In this document: positions 39,415 through 49,917 of the stretch, piece after piece
Layout of the letters: each line of letters begins with the position of its first letter
How positions within the stretch are numbered: the first letter of the stretch is position 1
Assembly (NCBI GenBank): GCA_963833575.1
Contig: CAWHXY010000007.1
Location: forward strand, 288,001 to 352,000
DNA length: 64,000 nt
Source of the DNA: Candidatus Bathyarchaeota archaeon
GTDB taxonomy: Archaea; Thermoproteota; Bathyarchaeia; Bathyarchaeales; Bathycorpusculaceae
Direction: 5' to 3'
Made by a program: the position numbers and the translations under genes
The notes under the pieces: model-generated
Database searches by the model: none
What the model saw: the letters and a program-made list of their open reading frames with translations, nothing else
Told to the model about the DNA's origin: nothing

Positions 39415-40010
39415 TCTGAAGGATTTCTTTAGAATATAGTGCAAAAAAGAAAAAACTTAGGCTATATTGACTTCTGCTATTTGCGTTAAGCCTGTTAAAG
39501 CTGTTTTTAATTTGATTTCTAAGTTTAAAATTGTATATAGTGCATTGACAGTGTTGATTGAGCGAGTTATATAGTTGCTTTGGCGGCTATAGTAAGTTGA
39601 GCTATCAGTTAGGTATCCTTTGGCTAGTTAGTTGAGTTTCGTTTAGGTGTGTAACAGTGCTCTGCAAGGCAAATCCATTATTTAGGTTAGTTTTAAGAAC
39701 ACATGCACATTTCCAATACTCGTTGGTGCTTCCTGCGTTGTTACGAAGTATTGTTTATGCAATTTCTAAGCTCATCCAACGAAGAAAGTTTTCATATCTG
39801 AAACAAAAGGACTTTGATGCGGTGGATGAATCAATGGTGCTGTACCAATTGCGTAAATAATAGTTACCAAAATTATGGCTAACAGTACTGCGACTGTCCC
39901 GTAAGTCTTTGTCTTTCTCTTAACTTCTTTCTATACCGTATACTTCTTCGTGAATAGTTAACTTAAGATTTTTATTTTATGCTAAGCCCACAAACAAGCT
40001 GTCCCAACAG

Positions 40011-40457
40011 TTAGAATGGCCTCATTGTCCATACTCGGTAAGCCTCATACCAGAATATTGCGCAAACGATTGCTCCAAACGAGAGTATGAATAGGTTATC
40101 ACGGCTAAAACCGCTAAATAAAATCGTCAAATACAATACGTAAAACACTGTTGAGAATACTGCGTAGAAAAAGTATCGTGGAAAGAGCAACTTCCCAAGC
40201 TTAACGTAATGGCGGAGAACACCAATCTTAACTTCTCCAACAAGTGAGTAATGGCCGCCAATTTCCTGTTTCTGTACCAACCCTAACTCGCGTAGCTGTT
40301 CAAGATGATGGAAAGCTATGCTGGGGCTACTAAAATGGAGGGCGCGTTGAACTTCACGCACTCCTACTGGGCTGCCGTTTTTTAGAAGAAACCAGTAGAC
40401 TCTCCAAGCTTTGCCTCGTAGTGCATACTCAAGCTGTGTCTCGTCACTCTCATTCAA
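40011..40457 (-). CDS. HTH transcriptional regulator with two C-terminal TM helices
   Basis: VGVREVQRALHFSSPSIAFHHLEQLRELGLV (LexA-like wHTH); start probably TTG 40457. Confidence 0.8.
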   Translation of the reverse strand: MNESDETQLEYALRGKAWRVYWFLLKNGSPVGVREVQRALHFSSPSIAFHHLEQLRELGLVQKQEIGGHYSLVGEVKIGVLRHYVKLGKLLFPRYFFYAVFSTVFYVLYLTILFSGFSRDNLFILSFGAIVCAIFWYEAYRVWTMRPF

Positions 40458-40631
40458 TCGGCTGACCCTCAAGGAACAAACAACGGTGCGGGAGACATAT
40501 AAGTCCAACTATCAGACGTTTTCGTCTAATAAGTAGAACAGCTCTAGTTGGGTTCAAGTTTTTAGGGCGTGTACTTAAAACTCTGCATAAATTATTAGTA
40601 CAACCTGTACCTGTATCAGATATGATCCCCT

Positions 40632-40880
40632 ATGAACAAAACAGAAGCCTTAGATGTGTTGAATGAGATTCGTGGGTCCTTAAAGGAATCGGCTATCGTT
40701 AGCTGTGTTTCCTTCGACGGTTCACAGGTATCTCACATTTCAACGGGTGGATACGAGATAAAGATGAAATGCGAATTAGACAGCGTTTCAAGGGATGCAA
40801 TAAACAATATATTAAGAAAGCATGAGCTGTATATGAAAGAACAAAGCGGCTATGTAATTTTGCGGTCTATAAAAGACTAA
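40632..40880 (+). CDS. Small hypothetical protein (paralog of 22460..22699)
   Basis: MNKTEALDVLNEI...YEIKM...ILRKHELYM...VILRS. Confidence 0.7.
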   Translation: MNKTEALDVLNEIRGSLKESAIVSCVSFDGSQVSHISTGGYEIKMKCELDSVSRDAINNILRKHELYMKEQSGYVILRSIKD

Positions 40881-41210
40881 TAAAAAATTAAGAATAGGCT
40901 TTTCTTTTAAGTTCGTAGCAATCACAATGTGAGCAGTTTTGTTTACATAGTGGTTTGTTGTTGTGGATCGTTGTTTGGTCTTTATATCTGAGAGGATCAA
41001 TCAAATTTTTTGTTTTAGATTTGTCAATTCAACTTTTAAGGTCCAATTGTTAGAAATTATAGCCTAATAATTAGAACACAATACTAGGCATAACCATATT
41101 GAAAGAGCCTTAATCTATTTTCGCATACATCTGAAGTTGAATGTTGTGATAGTGAGGAGACAATCACGAACCTTAAAACGCACAAACACTAGTCTATAAA
41201 TAAGAAAAAC

Positions 41211-42125
41211 ATGAGAAAACTCCTATTATTATTCCTCTTACTATCAACTGTGTTTCTATCGTCAGGTAGCTTTGCTTTAATCAGAGTTCAAGCTCAAAGC
41301 CAAAACGTTGACGAGTTGCAGATTGAGGGGCTTGCTTGGAACCGATCTACATTGAACATCCTCCTTGTTACTCCAAATAATGAATCTTGGTGGAATCCAA
41401 TGTATATTAATTCTACACTTCGAGCTATAGGTCAATGGAATGACGCTATACAGGAATTTGCGTCTAACAACACTCAATATGCATTCTTGGAGCCGCTAAA
41501 GTTGGAGCCCACTGTTTCGAATGAGTCAGAACCTGGATTTAACATCTACCTTAACTGGACCCAGTCAACGATAGCCAATTCTGTTGATGACATCGGATTA
41601 ACAACATTAAGCAGTGAAGATAATACAATAACTAACTGCAGCATAAACCTAGCCACACATACAAGCCACGGAGACGCAGTAGCCGACGGAGACGAACAAA
41701 ATGTTGCCCTCCACGAATTAGGCCATTCTTTGGGCTTAGGGCATAGCAATGACACGAACGACGTTATGTATTTAGCGCTTACCCTGCTAGGTCCAGCTAA
41801 ATTATTATCTACTCTTGACCTTTATGGAATCGCTACAACCTTTGCATGGCTAACTTATCAGTTTAGTTTTTATCCAGTTAATGCTTGGCTACAGGGCAAT
41901 CCAGTGTTTTTGCCGTCAAGTCAATATCAGGCTTTGCAAGTATCAGCCCAAAACGCCCGCCCACAAACACTTGAAAATAACCCAATTATTCAAACCTTAA
42001 TCTTGGCAGCTGAGATAGCAATACACCCTGACTTTTTACCCTTAGTAATTTTATTCGTAGTAATCTTAGTCATAATTGCGGTATTTCCAAAAAGAAAGAG
42101 AGAGCCAGATTCTAAGGCTACATAA
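41211..42125 (+). CDS. Matrixin-like (metzincin) surface metalloprotease
   Basis: Signal peptide, HELGHSLGLGH, Met-turn DVMY, C-terminal TM helix. Confidence 0.9.
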   Translation: MRKLLLLFLLLSTVFLSSGSFALIRVQAQSQNVDELQIEGLAWNRSTLNILLVTPNNESWWNPMYINSTLRAIGQWNDAIQEFASNNTQYAFLEPLKLEPTVSNESEPGFNIYLNWTQSTIANSVDDIGLTTLSSEDNTITNCSINLATHTSHGDAVADGDEQNVALHELGHSLGLGHSNDTNDVMYLALTLLGPAKLLSTLDLYGIATTFAWLTYQFSFYPVNAWLQGNPVFLPSSQYQALQVSAQNARPQTLENNPIIQTLILAAEIAIHPDFLPLVILFVVILVIIAVFPKRKREPDSKAT

Positions 42126-42636
42126 AATCCAAAAATTAGATGACTCGCAACCCAATATGAGTCTCTTGAGTTCCATGAGGGAAGGAGCAAGCTGTTTTAC
42201 GCATCAAAAGAATTTTACAAAAAGTCGAGAATCATACAGTTTTTTCATTTCTTAGACGTAATCTTCAGCCTCCGTTCATCGGTAGAGAGATAAGGGTCAA
42301 AATTTAGATCCAACACACGTTATGCTTTTTCCAAAGGCTTTGCATAGAACCTAACGAGGTGGTTTTCGAAATAATACTAATTTTTCTATATTTGCATTTG
42401 TAGGTAAAATAATGTATGTGTTAACTAAAACTGAGATGCATTTCAATAGATAACGCCCAATTCATATTCCTAATTCATAAGACTTATTTTATTTAAACCT
42501 CAAAGAATTAACCAAGACACGCAAAAACTGGAACACAAAAGCATGTTTTACAAGCTCCATCAAGAGAATACTAAATGAAAAACCAAAAGAAACGCCAAAA
42601 GATTAGGCGAAAACAAATTTTAGAAAGTGTGTAAAA

Positions 42637-42759
42637 ATGAAAGCTAATAATGAATGCCCTTCATGCAGTTCAACTGAGACCGAAATTGTCTACAAACGCG
42701 AAACAGTATTAAGTGTTTGCAAAGTTTGCAGAGAAATACGGTCAAAAAATTGGTTTTAA
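42637..42759 (+). CDS. 40-aa zinc-finger microprotein
   Basis: Below the ORF-track cutoff: MKANNECPSCSSTETEIVYKRETVLSVCKVCREIRSKNWF. Confidence 0.6.
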   Translation: MKANNECPSCSSTETEIVYKRETVLSVCKVCREIRSKNWF

Positions 42760-42941
42760 AAAAACCAATCCTAAACACATTGTGTAGGATTAAAATTTGA
42801 ACTTTCTCTTTCCATCACACCATCACCACCTATATCATGAATATCACATGCAAAAAACGCTAAAACCATAAAAGTTATGACGGTATAAGCTTCACTTTAA
42901 ACAAAAACCGATAAACAAAACCAGAGGAAACTTGAAGAAAT

Positions 42942-43154
42942 ATGAGTCGAATTAGTCGAGTATTATACTCCACATTGTCTGGTTTTGGTTTCCTATTCTG
43001 GGTTGTTGGGATAGCTGAAAGGAATTTTCTCCTTACTTTGATTTCTGGCGTTTGTTTTATTACGTTTTTGATTCTGGCAAGCGCGTCGTATACTCCTCTA
43101 CCACCTCCACCTGAAGATTCGATCCCTCCGCCCCCTTCATCTATGACGAATTAA
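42942..43154 (+). CDS. Small two-TM protein with poly-Pro tail
   Basis: Two hydrophobic helices, PLPPPPEDSIPPPP tail, GAGG upstream. Confidence 0.65.
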   Translation: MSRISRVLYSTLSGFGFLFWVVGIAERNFLLTLISGVCFITFLILASASYTPLPPPPEDSIPPPPSSMTN

Positions 43155-43174
43155 ATAGCGCACGTTATAAACCG

Positions 43175-43579
43175 TTATAGAATCATTTTGTAGAAGGTGG
43201 ACGAAAAACCATCTGACGACAAAATTGTGATTTGATAGGTGCTCCGAAAGACTATTGGTTTAGTCAGATTCAAAACTAAAGTTACGTTAGAATTCGCTTG
43301 TATCGGTATCTCTTTTCCAATGTTTATTTGACAACCGTTTACATAAGCAACGGTAATGGTAATGTCAGATGAACCGTTATTGTAAACTGAAATCAAGAAT
43401 GAACTTGAACCCGCTTTACCTTGAACATTTGTTATAGCCAAAGGGTTTGTGGGATCTTTAATTGAGGAAGCCTTGGTTGTATCTTGAGAGGGTTGGAAGA
43501 CCAAGATGCCTACGACTAAACTGGTCAAAACAATAGCAAACACAATCAAAATGATTATGGTCACGTATTTTCTATTCAT
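43175..43579 (-). CDS. Membrane-anchored Ig/pilin-like surface protein
   Basis: N-terminal TM helix, VYNNGSSDITITVAYVNG, YQITILSSDG. Confidence 0.65.
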   Translation of the reverse strand: MNRKYVTIIILIVFAIVLTSLVVGILVFQPSQDTTKASSIKDPTNPLAITNVQGKAGSSSFLISVYNNGSSDITITVAYVNGCQINIGKEIPIQANSNVTLVLNLTKPIVFRSTYQITILSSDGFSSTFYKMIL

Positions 43580-44492
43580 TCTCTTTGTTCATCGGATTAC
43601 ATTCGTTTATTTCACTGTATATTAATTATGAATTTACGATAACTATTTCTAATATTAGATGAAGCGCGAGCTTAAACGCAAAATTCCTGCCCTTCTCTTG
43701 AATGAAAGGCTTGCGCGGTTATACAAAAGCCTTTGGATTAAAGATTCAATAATAAAAAAGAACATGTTTCAGAATTAAGCTCAGGATTAATGTGTACTAA
43801 AAAAAGTGGAGAAAAATCCTAATCAGCACGCTATCGTGTGATAGTGACAGACAGACATTAGGAACGTACAAGCGTGCATGGGTGATAAGAGAAGTTTTAG
43901 GTGTAAGTTAGTGAGTTCGTAAGAGAGAGATTAAAATATAATCCACCTGTTAGAACATCCAGTTCAATAACTTTATCGCAGGAATAGTTAATGTCCTGAG
44001 TGCGTAAACAAAATTTTTGTCCCACATTTTGGACATTGATGATAAATTATGAGTTTTTGACTGTTATATTTAGGTTTCATTTCTACGTAACATGAAGGAC
44101 ATAACGGCGCTTTAGGCAAGGTTTGCTCAACAAATTAGTACCTATGTAATTATCGATATAACCGTTACTAAAAAAAGTCAAAACGAATTCGTACCCAAGT
44201 GATTTTTGTCTTTAATTGATTTTTGCCGTTTCAAACTTGAATTGAGTCAAGCTCAAACAAAGAGGGCTTTCGCACCTCAGATTTACTTATTCACTGTCTC
44301 CATTTTATCTTTCAGGTTATCGATTCTCTACAGAAGTATAGCAAAAGTAGGCTCTAATGTCATACACATCATTAGAATGTTAAGTAAAAATTGCTATCAC
44401 CTAGCGCTTATAGACAGAGTTGACGATCTACTTTGCTAAGAAACGAAAATCCTTTAAACAAGATAACACCACTCAGACTGAGTGGCGTTAAG

Positions 44493-44894
44493 ATGGTAAA
44501 AACTGATAAACTGCTGACTAGAGGCGCGTTAGTTTCTATGCAAGTCGTAGACGCAAAAGGACGATTGGTTGGAAAAGTGAAAGATATCGCTTTCGCTGTT
44601 GGAAAGACTGGCATTGCCTTGTCAGTGGAGAATAAATTTGGTGAAACGCAACAAGTCTCCTGGGAAGATGTTCAAGCTGCATCAGACGTCATACTTCTAA
44701 AGGCAGTTCCATCGCATGAGCTTAGTGAGGAGGAAAAGGTGTTTGGCCCTTTTGAACAGCAACAGCAAGAACCCGTTCAAACTGTAGGTAAGAAAAAATC
44801 AACTAAACCACTTTGCCCAACGTGCAATCAACCTCTTACTTGGATCCCGCAATACAAAAGATGGTACTGCTACAACGACAAGAAATACGTTTGA
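44493..44894 (+). CDS. PRC-barrel protein with C-terminal zinc ribbon
   Basis: LVSMQVVDAKGRLVGKVKDI...VSWEDVQAASDVILLK; CPTC...WYCYND; start probably ATG 44493. Confidence 0.85.
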   Translation: MVKTDKLLTRGALVSMQVVDAKGRLVGKVKDIAFAVGKTGIALSVENKFGETQQVSWEDVQAASDVILLKAVPSHELSEEEKVFGPFEQQQQEPVQTVGKKKSTKPLCPTCNQPLTWIPQYKRWYCYNDKKYV

Positions 44895-45320
44895 GACAGC
44901 TAAACTATCTTCAAATATTTTTTTGTTTTTTTTGCTTTAGAATGGGTAGCTGTTTTCTTTAGTTTTGAGCTGGAAAGCTTTGTTTGCTGTACTTACTTAT
45001 TTCCAACTTGATGTTTCCCAGAATTAACTAGTAGTTTCATAGTATAAACAAGCGAAAATTCGAGAACCTCTAAAGAATCACTAAGCCGTTTCACGAGAAA
45101 CTTCTAACTAAAATCAAAAAATGAAGAAACTTGGTTTAAATTCTAGATACTATTGCAAACATTTCAGTTACTCAAGTTCTTTGAAAATTGACAAAGCTCA
45201 ATCATAAAAAGTTCAGACTGGAACTTAAGGCAAGAGCTTGAGTATAGCTTAACGACATCGCGTTTGCATATAGCTTATATTATTCTTTTGGTTTTGTTTT
45301 AAGTTCTGGAGACACGAACC

Positions 45321-45599
45321 ATGAAACGCTTCATAGTCAACTCGAAGGTACCTCAAATCCAGCTTAACAGGCTTACCTGCATTATAGGTACAACCAACAT
45401 CTTTGAGAGAACAGGTATTAAAGATGTCTATTTGAAAACCTGTTATTGTTGTTCTCCTGAGTCTAACGCTGGCGTGGAAAAAGCCCTCATCGAGTTTGAA
45501 GCCTTATCCAAAGAGGCTCTGGAATCGGCGCTTCAGAAGATTGACTTCCCTGCTGACTCAATAATTGAAGTCACCAAAGTCGAGGTCGGCAAGAACTAA
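45321..45599 (+). CDS. Small hypothetical protein (ferredoxin-like fold possible)
   Basis: GGAG RBS, 92 aa, CYCC, IEFEALSKEAL, DSIIEV. Confidence 0.65.
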   Translation: MKRFIVNSKVPQIQLNRLTCIIGTTNIFERTGIKDVYLKTCYCCSPESNAGVEKALIEFEALSKEALESALQKIDFPADSIIEVTKVEVGKN

Positions 45600-45697
45600 A
45601 ACCCCTGTTGCTTTTCCGAGTTCCATAATTTTTAGGTGCAAGCGACTCTTCCGAATTGCTAAATTAGAAAGATCTATCAGAGAAATGCTACACTAAC

Positions 45698-45928
45698 TTA
45701 CGCTTCCATCAGTATCAAGGTTAAAGTTGACCGAACTTGGTCAATTGTACGAATTTTATGTGAAATTGAAGCCTTCAGCTCCTCCATAGTGTCTGCCTTG
45801 ACACGCGCAATTAAATCGTACACACCATAGGAAACGTAAGCTTCTTCTACGGTATTCATTTTCTTAAGCTCTTTTAGAACACTATCTTCAGAACCCGATT
45901 CAACATTAACCAATACATACGCTCGCAT
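45698..45928 (-). CDS. Stand-alone Lrp/AsnC ligand-binding (RAM) domain protein
   Basis: AYVLVNVESG, YGVYDLIARV, VRSTLTLI. Confidence 0.9.
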   Translation of the reverse strand: MRAYVLVNVESGSEDSVLKELKKMNTVEEAYVSYGVYDLIARVKADTMEELKASISHKIRTIDQVRSTLTLILMEA

Positions 45929-46420
45929 AATCAAGCACCCATTTTCTAATAATCATGAAGATAATTAAATAGTTTGACTTGAAAAGTTTTATAGTAACTG
46001 TTGAAAAAATCGAGCTAACGCTAAATGAAAGCTTACTTTTGTCCCAATAATCTCTCAGTCTCCCAGTTTTTTCTGTGACAAAATCCTTCTTGATATGTTC
46101 AATTACCCCTTCATCAACATCAGGCCTTTCAGAGTTTCCCTTGTTAATAGTTATGCCTTTGTTTCTCTCGATACTCTCTGTTGCTTTGATAATGAGGTAT
46201 CGAAAGACTAATAACTTAAATCAATAGACCTTTTCCAAAGTTCGCTAATTTAAACCAAAAATTAAACGAATACCTTGTCAAACTCCAAATTAAAAAAACA
46301 ACCCAGAACTCAAGTAAAAAGTATACAGATTTTAACCGATGTAAATTGAATTAGTAAAAATCAAAAATATAGTATTATTGAAAAAAAGAAAAGTTGAGTT
46401 TTGAGAAGAACTCTACTTTT

Positions 46421-47074
46421 TTAGCTGCGTGTTTTGTTGGCTGTTCCGGATGGCATTCCAGGAGGTAAATCTGGAAAGTTCGCGCTTACTCGTTGTTCAG
46501 CCACTGTTGCTGCTTCTGCAAGGATTTTTGATGCGTCTTCGTTTACATTATCAAAGTTCATTGAACTACCGCTGCTTAATCCTGCATCAAACATTAAACC
46601 GCTTAGCATGTTTCCAATGTCGCCTAGTTCGCCTTCGGCTTCAGGTAAAACTCCGCCTAATCCACCGCTGACACTGCGAAGTACTCCAATGCATGGTCCT
46701 AATGCGGAAACGACATCTCCTAGCTCAGATACTGTTCTTATGCGTAGTGATACTTGGTCTAGGGCTAGTCTTGCATTCATTATTAGCTTTGACATTTTTC
46801 TGAGTTCAGCAAGCTCTGTCGCGTAAATGTTGGCGTGCGCTGAATCATGATTTGTGTAAGCTTGTACTAGTTTGGCGAATAGTGTTTTGTCTTTTTGTGT
46901 GAAGCGTTCGTTTGCTTGGTCCAATTTGTTAATTTGCAAGTCAAGTTTTCTAACGGCTAGGTCTAAGCATGTTTTTAGTGCTGGCGGCGGCTGTACCACG
47001 TCATGTATTGCTTTTCCTAATGAGTTATCTTCTCCTCTTTGTGCTTCCCATTTTTTAGAAAATCGTTCAGACAT
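46421..47074 (-). CDS. CdvB/ESCRT-III (Snf7) paralog
   Basis: ANIYATELAELRK, LDQVSLRIRTVSELGDVV, ILAEAATVAEQ, FPDLP; start ATG 47074. Confidence 0.9.
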   Translation of the reverse strand: MSERFSKKWEAQRGEDNSLGKAIHDVVQPPPALKTCLDLAVRKLDLQINKLDQANERFTQKDKTLFAKLVQAYTNHDSAHANIYATELAELRKMSKLIMNARLALDQVSLRIRTVSELGDVVSALGPCIGVLRSVSGGLGGVLPEAEGELGDIGNMLSGLMFDAGLSSGSSMNFDNVNEDASKILAEAATVAEQRVSANFPDLPPGMPSGTANKTRS

Positions 47075-47165
47075 GTTAACATCTTCTTGTAGTTCAGTCA
47101 GCATAATGTGCTTTTAATTGTTGCTAACATGTAGATATATACGTAGAAATATACCCTATTTTTTC

Positions 47166-48038
47166 CTATTTGAAACTGCCAAAGATGTATGCTAACAGAC
47201 CAAAAATAAACCATAATAGAACAAATTTCTTGATTCTCCTCGAATTCTCACGCGAATAATCCCTTAGCAAAAGCACAGATGAAACCACAAGCCCAATGTT
47301 AGTCACCAACACAAATGGGATAAACCAAAGAGAAACCAAACTAAAAATTAGAGGAATCGGCGTTAAAGCTACTGCTGAAATATAGAATAATGCGGCTGAA
47401 ATGGCAGCTTTTTTTTCGCCATATCGTACGGCTAAAGTTTTGATGCCTTCTACACTATCTCCTTTGATATCAACGACGCCTTTGGTGATTTCTCTGCCTG
47501 TGTTTGAGAGGAAAGCCATTATGGAAAAGAGCAGAACGTTGATTTGAAGCCCGCCGGTTACTGCGATGCTTCCATAAATGAAAGGTATTGCTACGCAGGT
47601 GCTTACTAAAAAGTTGCCAGGTAAGCCGCTGCGTTTTCCAACTGTCACGTAGGAAACTGTTATAATCCAAGCTGCCGCCGCGACGACTAGACAAAGGATG
47701 TTTGAGCTATTTGAGTAATAAGCAAAAACTAAACCAACGGCTGTGAGTCCGGCTACAAATGTTAAGGCTTCTTTGACGTTTACTGAGCCGCTTGGGATAG
47801 GACGCGTTGGTTCATTTACCGCATCAATTGTCCTATCGTAATAATCATTTATGGCCATGGCGGCAGCGCATAGCAGAAAACCGGTAAAAAAGCCAAATAC
47901 GATGTTTAGCCAATGTGTTTGGAGTTGGGTTGTTGCCAAAAGTGCGCCAACGAAAACGGCGAAGCCCATCATTGCACAGTTGATTGGTCGAATTAACCGG
48001 ATAAAGCCACGAAGCTTATTCATTCTACTTCTAACCAT
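47166..48038 (-). CDS. UbiA-family prenyltransferase (DGGGP synthase)
   Basis: INDYYDRTIDAVNEPTRPIPSG, REITKGVVDIKGD. Confidence 0.9.
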   Translation of the reverse strand: MVRSRMNKLRGFIRLIRPINCAMMGFAVFVGALLATTQLQTHWLNIVFGFFTGFLLCAAAMAINDYYDRTIDAVNEPTRPIPSGSVNVKEALTFVAGLTAVGLVFAYYSNSSNILCLVVAAAAWIITVSYVTVGKRSGLPGNFLVSTCVAIPFIYGSIAVTGGLQINVLLFSIMAFLSNTGREITKGVVDIKGDSVEGIKTLAVRYGEKKAAISAALFYISAVALTPIPLIFSLVSLWFIPFVLVTNIGLVVSSVLLLRDYSRENSRRIKKFVLLWFIFGLLAYIFGSFK

Positions 48039-48420
48039 TTTTGAGTTATAGCTCTAATCTGCTTATCTATAAAGCTTGTACTGTTCCAAGATAAAATGCA
48101 TCTGATCTTTTTTGTATGCATGAGGGAAGAATCGACGCGGAAGAAGAAATGCTGATCTAACCCGAAATTCGATGAACACCAGATTTCCAAATTGAAGTTA
48201 ACCTTTAAGATAAGACATTCTTAGTCCACAATTTCATAGAATGCTCAAGACTTTGTGCTAAGACGCCAATTTTTAATGCAAACGCTTGCGATTGAACACG
48301 ATCATTTAGATCAAGAGTAGAAAAGGTCAAAATCATTTAATATGCGTTGACCTTCACTATGTTATCTTTCTTAAATATGCGTAAAAGGACAATCTGAGTT
48401 AACGGAAAACCAACCTATCT

Positions 48421-48480
48421 CCAACCTTTTCCATACTTTTTTAACCTTTTCCGTGCTTTTTTCTACTTTTCCCTACTTTT
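48421..48480. repeat. Six tandem 10-bp units each ending CTTTT
   Basis: ccaacCTTTT ccataCTTTT ttaacCTTTT ccgtgCTTTT ttctaCTTTT ccctaCTTTT. Confidence 0.8.
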
Positions 48481-48641
48481 CACTACGAATCTAGCCGAAT
48501 CTGTACGCAACCTGCAGCTAAACTAAGCCTTAAATAGAAAAATCGACCCAAAACACATTGCAAAAAATTTGCAATGAAATCCCACTCTCAGGTGCATCAT
48601 TGACGAATTATAGTAGGGACAGGGAAAAAATGAGTGAGGGC

Positions 48642-49607
48642 TTATGTTGCAAGCATATCGGCAACCTGAAGCAACCTCAAGTCAATCGGTTTCTTACCGT
48701 TAGCAGCTTTCTCTAAATCATAACTTGAGATAGCACCGTTTTGCAATCCAACTGCCATGTTGCCTTTTCCCTGACAGATCAAATCAACAGCTTTCTCCGC
48801 AAATAAACTAGCAAGTAACCGGCTACGTGTAGTCGGACTTCCTCCACGTTGAGCATAGCCAATAATGGACAGCCTAACCTCAGATTCCATCTGCTGCTGC
48901 ATATCTAAAGCAAGTTTGCTTGTGTTACCGCAGCCTTCTGCCGCAACAATTATTCCTGTTCTCTTACCTTTTTTCGCGCTTTCATCAAGTAACGTCACAA
49001 TATCAGCAAGACTCACTGGTTTCTCCGGAATCAAAATAACTTCTGCACCAACACATATCCCGACTTCTAAAGCGAGAAAGCCTCTTTCCCTTCCCATGAC
49101 TTCAACAATGAATATTCTTTCATGAGAAATTGCTGTATCGCGAATTTTGTCAATTGTACCTACTGCAGTGTTCACTGCGGTGTCAAAACCGATTGTTTCA
49201 TCAGTGCCGTAAACATCATTATCAATGGTGGCAGGTATTCCAACCATCAAAGCATCACATTTCTTGCTAAGGTCTAAAGCACCTCTAAAGGAGCCATCGC
49301 CGCCTATAACAACTAACCCATCAACGTTATTTGCCGACAAAGTTTCAGCAGCTTTTTCAACAGCACCCTTCTCCTCAAAACCCGGACACCGCAACGTATG
49401 AAGTATGGTACCGCCTAACTGAATAATTCCGCCAACACTACGGGGAGTTAACTTTCTAAAGGAATTAGATAGTAATCCATCCCAGCCTCTTTCAAACCCC
49501 ACAACTTGAAACCCCTTCGCATGCCCAATTCGCGTTACCGCTCTGATGGCAGCATTCATGCCTGGGGCATCCCCACCAGAAGTAACAATGCCAATAGTTT
49601 TCGTCAT
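48642..49607 (-). CDS. pfkA: ATP-dependent 6-phosphofructokinase (PfkA family)
   Basis: TSGGDAPGMNAA, IGGDGS, PATIDND, EVMGR, QRGG. Confidence 0.93.
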   Translation of the reverse strand: MTKTIGIVTSGGDAPGMNAAIRAVTRIGHAKGFQVVGFERGWDGLLSNSFRKLTPRSVGGIIQLGGTILHTLRCPGFEEKGAVEKAAETLSANNVDGLVVIGGDGSFRGALDLSKKCDALMVGIPATIDNDVYGTDETIGFDTAVNTAVGTIDKIRDTAISHERIFIVEVMGRERGFLALEVGICVGAEVILIPEKPVSLADIVTLLDESAKKGKRTGIIVAAEGCGNTSKLALDMQQQMESEVRLSIIGYAQRGGSPTTRSRLLASLFAEKAVDLICQGKGNMAVGLQNGAISSYDLEKAANGKKPIDLRLLQVADMLAT

Positions 49608-49763
49608 CAAACAAACCCCTATTTAAGCTCACAATGCCTTGTAGGCTTGAACATAAAAACCTATCTAAACACAAATCAAACAAACAAAATGTTTAGAATG
49701 GCTAGACAACAGTAGCGGTGCCAAAAAACATAAATTCTTTGCTCTTATCCATATGGACTTTGT

Positions 49764-49917
49764 CGGGAGGTAGCTCAGCCTGGCAGAGCTCTCGAGCCGG
49801 CTAACACGCTTAGCCGGTGGAGACGCTGTAGAGGTCTACCCATGGTAGGCTTTATTCTAGCCTGCACAGGCCACAGATACCGAGCCGTCGCAGGTTCAAA
49901 TCCTGCTCTCCCGACCA
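49764..49917 (+). tRNA. tRNA-Tyr(GTA) with two introns (30/31: 49795-49824; 37/38: 49832-49878), CCA encoded
   Basis: Acceptor CGGGAGG/TCTCCCG with A73 and CCA (C1:G72 Tyr identity); D-arm GCTC/GAGC; spliced anticodon arm CTCGG-CTGTAGA-CCGAG; T-arm GCAGG-TTCAAAT-CCTGC; both introns form BHB motifs. Confidence 0.92.

Noticed and set aside
39420-40010. ORF 39657..39860 and surrounding gap
   Set aside because: No motif, RBS or repeat structure that I could support.
43988-44080. 30-aa - strand ORF with CPKCG
   Set aside because: Only half a zinc finger and very short; could be chance or a remnant.
44469-44485. CCACTCAG-A-CTGAGTGG palindrome and similar CCACTCAGTGG near 10739
   Set aside because: Short, in different contexts and with loops too small for RNA hairpins; insufficient to claim a shared element.
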